Shown here in pieces: positions 59,858 to 64,000 of a stretch of DNA of 64,000 bases (position 1 is the stretch's first letter; each line of letters begins with the position of its first letter). A model generated the notes under the pieces. That model did not search any database. It was not told the DNA's origin and worked only from the letters and a program-made list of their open reading frames with translations. A program made the translations under genes and the position numbers. This DNA comes from an uncultured Verrucomicrobiae bacterium (lineage in GTDB: Bacteria > Chlamydiota > Chlamydiia > Chlamydiales > Rhabdochlamydiaceae): NCBI GenBank assembly GCA_963806855.1, contig CAWDYW010000003.1, positions 32,001-96,000 on the forward strand. The letters run 5' to 3'.

Positions 59858-60101
59858 AGAATGGGTCACAATTGCCCTTGTGATGGGCCTTTTTGCCTCC
59901 TTGGTCTTCATCAGTCACCTCTCGGCTGCTTCAGGTAAAAGAATAGTTTACTCGCCTGTTCTCCAAGCAGAAAATCCCCCAAAAGCCGAGGGGGGAGAAA
60001 ATTTCTGTGGAGGAAAAATAACAATTTTGTTACGCTTTGCTTCTTTATTGGCGTCATGTAGGGATCAAGTCGATTCCTACCGAATTAAAGGAAACTGGTA
60101 A
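59847..60101 (+). CDS. Small single-TM hypothetical protein (3' part uncertain)
   Basis: EWVTIALVMGLFASLVFISHLS TM segment; overlaps the previous stop. Confidence 0.4.
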   Translation: MQFREWVTIALVMGLFASLVFISHLSAASGKRIVYSPVLQAENPPKAEGGENFCGGKITILLRFASLLASCRDQVDSYRIKGNW

Positions 60102-60739
60102 TGTCTCTAAGATTAATGGGAAAAAAGAAGGGGATGACCCGCATTTTTAACGAGAAAGGCGATAGCATCGTTTGTACTGTGATACAAGCTGAGCCCAATG
60201 TCGTCCTTCTTGTAAGAGAAGGCGAGAAAAACGGACCTGCAGCAGTGCAGCTAGGGGCTGAGAAAGTTCCTGCATCGAAATTAAGAAATGTGACTAAACC
60301 GCTGAAAGGTCATTTCGCAAAAGCACAAGTTGAGCCAAGACGGCATCTGTCCGAATCTAAAGTTCCTGAAGGGGAAAACTATACAGTCGGTCAGGAAGTT
60401 GGAGTGGAATACTTTGCGAATACAGCCTATGTCGACGTCTGTGGAATCTCAAAAGGTAAGGGATTTCAAGGGGTAATAAAGCGACACAATTATTCTGGGG
60501 GCCCTGCCGCTCACGGTTCTGGATTCCATCGTTCTGGGGGTTCTATTGGACAAAACACCAATCCTGGACGAGTGTTCCCTGGGAAGAAGATGGCTGGCCA
60601 TATGGGCAGTGAAAGAGTCACAACAGAATGCTTGCAAGTAGTCAAAATCGATCAGGAAAAGGGCATTATCCTAGTGAAAGGAGCCGTTCCTGGATGTCGT
60701 GGTGGCCTTGTCTACGTACGCAAATCGAAAAAAAAGTAA
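60101..60739 (+). CDS. rplC: 50S ribosomal protein L3
   Basis: GKKKGMT, SKGKGFQG and GKKMAGHMG. Confidence 0.98.
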   Translation: MSLRLMGKKKGMTRIFNEKGDSIVCTVIQAEPNVVLLVREGEKNGPAAVQLGAEKVPASKLRNVTKPLKGHFAKAQVEPRRHLSESKVPEGENYTVGQEVGVEYFANTAYVDVCGISKGKGFQGVIKRHNYSGGPAAHGSGFHRSGGSIGQNTNPGRVFPGKKMAGHMGSERVTTECLQVVKIDQEKGIILVKGAVPGCRGGLVYVRKSKKK

Positions 60740-60755
60740 GGGAGCTTAGAAAAGC

Positions 60756-61403
60756 GTGGCAACACTAAAAAAATATGATCTCAGTGGCAAAAGCATAGGG
60801 GATGTCTCAATCGATGACGAGCTCCTTGCTGCTGAAGCAAATCCGCAGATGCTTAAAGATTATCTTATTGCTTTGAGAGCCAATCAAAGACAATGGTCGG
60901 CAAGTACTCAGGGCCGTTCAGAAGTGAACCATTCGACTAAAAAACCATTTGCCCAGAAGGGTACCGGTAATGCTCGTCAAGGGTTTCTAGGTTCACCTCA
61001 ATTCCGCGGAGGCGGTCGGGTCCATGCGCCAAAGCCCAAATTTGACCAACACGTGCGGATTAACCGCAAAGAGAGACAGTTGGCTGTTCGCAATCTTTTT
61101 GGAGATAAAATTCGAGAGAACTGCGCTCATGTTCTTCACTATACCAACCTCAAGACTCCAGAAACCAAAACACTGGCTAACTTCTTAAAAGCTTTAAATA
61201 TAACCGGCAAGCGGGTATTATTCCTTGCAGACCAAGGGGATACCGATTTCGCAACACTTTCAAAGAGCTTACGCAATATCCCAAAAGTAGAATTCATGCT
61301 TCTCCCTAGTGTTAGCGGATACGATCTAGCTCTCTGCAATCAGCTGGTTATTCTCGAATCGGCGATCGGAGAATTGAAAGAGACTCTTGGAGGGACAAAA
61401 TAA
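60756..61403 (+). CDS. rplD: 50S ribosomal protein L4
   Basis: QKGTGNARQG and RGGG. Confidence 0.98.
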   Translation: MATLKKYDLSGKSIGDVSIDDELLAAEANPQMLKDYLIALRANQRQWSASTQGRSEVNHSTKKPFAQKGTGNARQGFLGSPQFRGGGRVHAPKPKFDQHVRINRKERQLAVRNLFGDKIRENCAHVLHYTNLKTPETKTLANFLKALNITGKRVLFLADQGDTDFATLSKSLRNIPKVEFMLLPSVSGYDLALCNQLVILESAIGELKETLGGTK

Positions 61404-61741
61404 TGCCAAAGAAAACTCCTTACGACATTGTCAAATCACGTTATGTGACCGAAAAGGCCCGAGTTCTTGGAGAGCTCAAGGAAAATAAGAGTAACCCATC
61501 AGTAGCAAAGTGTGCATCTCCAAAATATGTCTTTTTGGTTGATCTTAAAGCGAATAAGCAGGAAATTGCACAAGCTGTTGAGGAAATTTACGCTGAGAAA
61601 AATATCACGGTTAAGGCTGTAAACACAATCATAACCAAGCCTAAGCAGAGGCGAGTACGCGGCAGGATAGGCTATAAATCGGCATTTAAAAAAGCAGTCG
61701 TCACCCTAGCTGAGGGCGATGAACTTGGAGAAACTGTTTAA
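61403..61741 (+). CDS. rplW: 50S ribosomal protein L23
   Basis: TEKA..ANKQEIAQAVE..KKAVVTL. Confidence 0.97.
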   Translation: MPKKTPYDIVKSRYVTEKARVLGELKENKSNPSVAKCASPKYVFLVDLKANKQEIAQAVEEIYAEKNITVKAVNTIITKPKQRRVRGRIGYKSAFKKAVVTLAEGDELGETV

Positions 61742-61749
61742 GGTAACGT

Positions 61750-62583
61750 ATGACTAAGAAATTTCGTCCAATTACACCTGGGCAGCGCTGGCTAGTATTG
61801 CCAAGCAATGATCAACTTACTCGCGAAGGGAAAAAAACCGTAGAGCCTCTTAAAGCTCTAATGGAAATCAAAACACGCATAAATGGGCGTAACCATCATG
61901 GACGCATCACATGTCGTCATCGTGGTGGCGGTCATAAGCGGTTTTATCGCATTATCGATTTCAAGAGAGATAAAGAAAATATCCCAGCAAATGTGGCTTC
62001 AATTGAATACGATCCAAACCGTTCAGCCCACATTGCCCTTCTTCACTACGTAGATGGTGAAAAGAGATACATTTTGGCTCCTGAAGGGTTAAAAGCTGGT
62101 GATACAGTCATGACAGGTGACAAGGCCTCTTTTGAAGTAGGATGCTGCATGCGCCTAAAAGCGATCCCCCTTGGGGCAGTAGTCCACAATGTTGAGCTGG
62201 TGCCTGGCAAAGGTGGCAAAATCGTCCGCTCAGCAGGGATGTCAGCACAGCTGATGGCCCGTAGCGGTGGCTATGCGACCCTCAAAATGCCCTCAGGCGA
62301 AGTGCGATTAATCAATGAAGAATGCCGCGCATCACTTGGAGTTGTCTCCAATGGAGAGCAATTGCTGAGAGCCGAAGGAAAAGCAGGTAGAAAACGTTGG
62401 CAAGGGATCCGCCCTACAGTGCGGGGAACTGCGATGAACCCTGTTGACCACCCACACGGGGGAGGAGAAGGAAAGCACAACGGTTATATTCCTCAGACAC
62501 CCTGGGCTATGTACACAAAAGGCTATCGTACAAGGCCGAAGAATAAGAGCAATAAGTGGATTGTAAAACGGCGTAAGAAATAG
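61750..62583 (+). CDS. rplB: 50S ribosomal protein L2
   Basis: EYDPNRSA and [13 protein letters not shown]. Confidence 0.99.
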   Translation: MTKKFRPITPGQRWLVLPSNDQLTREGKKTVEPLKALMEIKTRINGRNHHGRITCRHRGGGHKRFYRIIDFKRDKENIPANVASIEYDPNRSAHIALLHYVDGEKRYILAPEGLKAGDTVMTGDKASFEVGCCMRLKAIPLGAVVHNVELVPGKGGKIVRSAGMSAQLMARSGGYATLKMPSGEVRLINEECRASLGVVSNGEQLLRAEGKAGRKRWQGIRPTVRGTAMNPVDHPHGGGEGKHNGYIPQTPWAMYTKGYRTRPKNKSNKWIVKRRKK

Positions 62584-62591
62584 GAAAATGT

Positions 62592-62888
62592 ATGGGAAGA
62601 TCTCTTAGAAAAGGACCCTTTGTCGACCACCATCTGATGGAAAAGGTCGAAAAACAGAATAGAGAGGGGACAAAAAAGGCGATTAAAACATGGTCTCGCC
62701 GATCAATGGTGATACCTGATATGATTGGACATACTTTTGAAGTCCACAATGGAAGGAAGTTCCTCGCAGTGTTTGTTACAGAGAACATGGTGGGACATCG
62801 ATTGGGAGAATTTTCTCCGACCAGAACATTTAAAGGTCACCCAATTAAGAAAGCAGAAGCACCAAAACCAGCACCAAAGCAAGGGTAA
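62592..62888 (+). CDS. rpsS: 30S ribosomal protein S19
   Basis: RSLRKGPF and [11 protein letters not shown]. Confidence 0.99.
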   Translation: MGRSLRKGPFVDHHLMEKVEKQNREGTKKAIKTWSRRSMVIPDMIGHTFEVHNGRKFLAVFVTENMVGHRLGEFSPTRTFKGHPIKKAEAPKPAPKQG

Positions 62889-62891
62889 AGT

Positions 62892-63227
62892 ATGGAACAA
62901 TCACGAGCTCTGACAAAATATCTTCGGATACCTCCCCGTAAAGCGCGGCTTGCCGCAGGCTTGATTCGTGGACTTGATGTAGAGAGCGCCATCGCGCAGC
63001 TGCAATACAGCGGCCTGAAAGGGGGAGTCTTATTATTGAAAACCCTGAAAAGTGCGATCGCTAATGCTGAAACAAATCATGGTCTGCAGAGAAAAGATTT
63101 GAAAGTGCAAGAAGTCCGAATTGATTGTGGCCCGATCATGAGACGCTCCAAAGCGAAAAACAGAGGGGGCCGTGTGCCAGTGAATAAAAGGACAAGCCAC
63201 TTTACAGTTGTAGTGGGAAAGGAATAG
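62892..63227 (+). CDS. rplV: 50S ribosomal protein L22
   Basis: PRKARL, SAIANAE and KRTSH. Confidence 0.98.
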   Translation: MEQSRALTKYLRIPPRKARLAAGLIRGLDVESAIAQLQYSGLKGGVLLLKTLKSAIANAETNHGLQRKDLKVQEVRIDCGPIMRRSKAKNRGGRVPVNKRTSHFTVVVGKE

Positions 63228-63239
63228 GAGAGGATTTTA

Positions 63240-63875
63240 ATGGGACAAAAGACATCCCCAGTTGGCTTTCGATTAGTAATAAATAAGAATTGGCGATCGA
63301 TCTGGTTTGCCAACAAAAAAGAGTTTGGAGATTTACTCGAAGAGGATCGTAAGATTAGAGAATTTTTAAATTCAAAACCTGCTTGTGTTGGGAGCTCTCG
63401 ATTTGTCATCAAGCGGATGAGTGGAAAAATCGAAGTGACTATTTTCACAGCTCGTCCAGGCCTCGTGATCGGAAAGAAGGGCGCAGAAATTGAAGCGCTC
63501 AAGAAAGATCTCAAGAAGATGACAGGCAAGGAGATCTGGGTTGAAGTTGAAGAGATTAAACGACCCGACCTTGATGCCAAACTGGTTGCAGACGGAATTG
63601 CAAAGCAGATTGAGAGAAGGATCCCTTTTAGAAGAATCCTTAAGAAATCGATGCAAGCCTCGATGGATGCAGGTGCAGCAGGGGTTAAAGTGCAGGTTTC
63701 TGGAAGACTTAATGGTGCTGAAATTGCCCGAACCGAGTGGTACAAAGAAGGGCGAGTGCCCCTACACACCCTCAGAGCAGAGATTGATTATGCCCCTGGG
63801 CGAGCCGAGACTACTTATGGATCCATCGGGATCAAAGTCTGGATTAATAAGGGCGAAGAAAAAGCTAGTAATTAG
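63240..63875 (+). CDS. rpsC: 30S ribosomal protein S3
   Basis: [18 protein letters not shown] and [10 protein letters not shown]. Confidence 0.99.
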   Translation: MGQKTSPVGFRLVINKNWRSIWFANKKEFGDLLEEDRKIREFLNSKPACVGSSRFVIKRMSGKIEVTIFTARPGLVIGKKGAEIEALKKDLKKMTGKEIWVEVEEIKRPDLDAKLVADGIAKQIERRIPFRRILKKSMQASMDAGAAGVKVQVSGRLNGAEIARTEWYKEGRVPLHTLRAEIDYAPGRAETTYGSIGIKVWINKGEEKASN

Positions 63876-63886
63876 GAGACCATATC

Positions 63887-64000
63887 ATGGCACCAAAGAT
63901 ATTGCCAACCCGAACAAAGTTCCGCAAGCAACAGAAGGGCAATTTAACCGGCCTAAGTAAAGCTGCATGCTTTCTAGATTTTGGTGATTTTGGAATGCAA
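63887..64000 (+). CDS. rplP: 50S ribosomal protein L16, partial
   Basis: [25 protein letters not shown]; follows rpsC. Confidence 0.95.
   Translation, partial: MAPKILPTRTKFRKQQKGNLTGLSKAACFLDFGDFGMQ

Noticed and set aside
63077..63769. 230-aa antisense ORF over rplV/rpsC
   Set aside because: Shadow of conserved ribosomal genes with no recognisable motifs.
60101..64000. S10-type operon lacking rpsJ
   Set aside because: Known chlamydial arrangement; rpsJ lies elsewhere.

Overview
64-kb chromosomal segment of an environmental Chlamydiota genome. The assignment rests on euo, the giant SecDF, an NTT, uhpC, rsbW and a gene order matching the C. trachomatis blocks CT441-CT453, CT539-CT551 and CT534-CT521, cited from memory. 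Core content: tsp (partial), euo, pepF, recJ, secDF, purA, uppS, cdsA, a cmk-plsC fusion, tRNA-Leu(CAG), two thioredoxins, trmL, mip, hisS, uhpC, dnaE, BamD-like, LptE-like, rsbW, dacC, rsmA, SurA-like, rsmB, lnt, lpxC, fabZ, lpxA, fmt and the ribosomal operon rplC to rplP (partial). There are three accessory zones. (i) 19.9-24.6 kb: an NTT with a divergent LysR, plus a 791-aa effector-like protein, in the slot where aspS normally sits. (ii) 28.4-41.6 kb: a mosaic island between uhpC and dnaE built from two colinear copies of four junction segments that carry different cargo. (iii) 57.6-59.9 kb: three membrane proteins at the Cap1 position. The most striking non-coding signal is a set of long palindromic elements. 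Several sequence families share a TATAC...GTATA terminus, sit against gene ends, and one family marks island junctions. A tandem-repeat palindrome also encodes most of the LptE-like signal peptide, and a ~118-nt G-U-rich rod precedes euo. Clusters of indels in fabZ/lpxA and in a symporter-SBP gene are probably sequencing or assembly errors. No database searches were run, and all family calls come from motif recognition.
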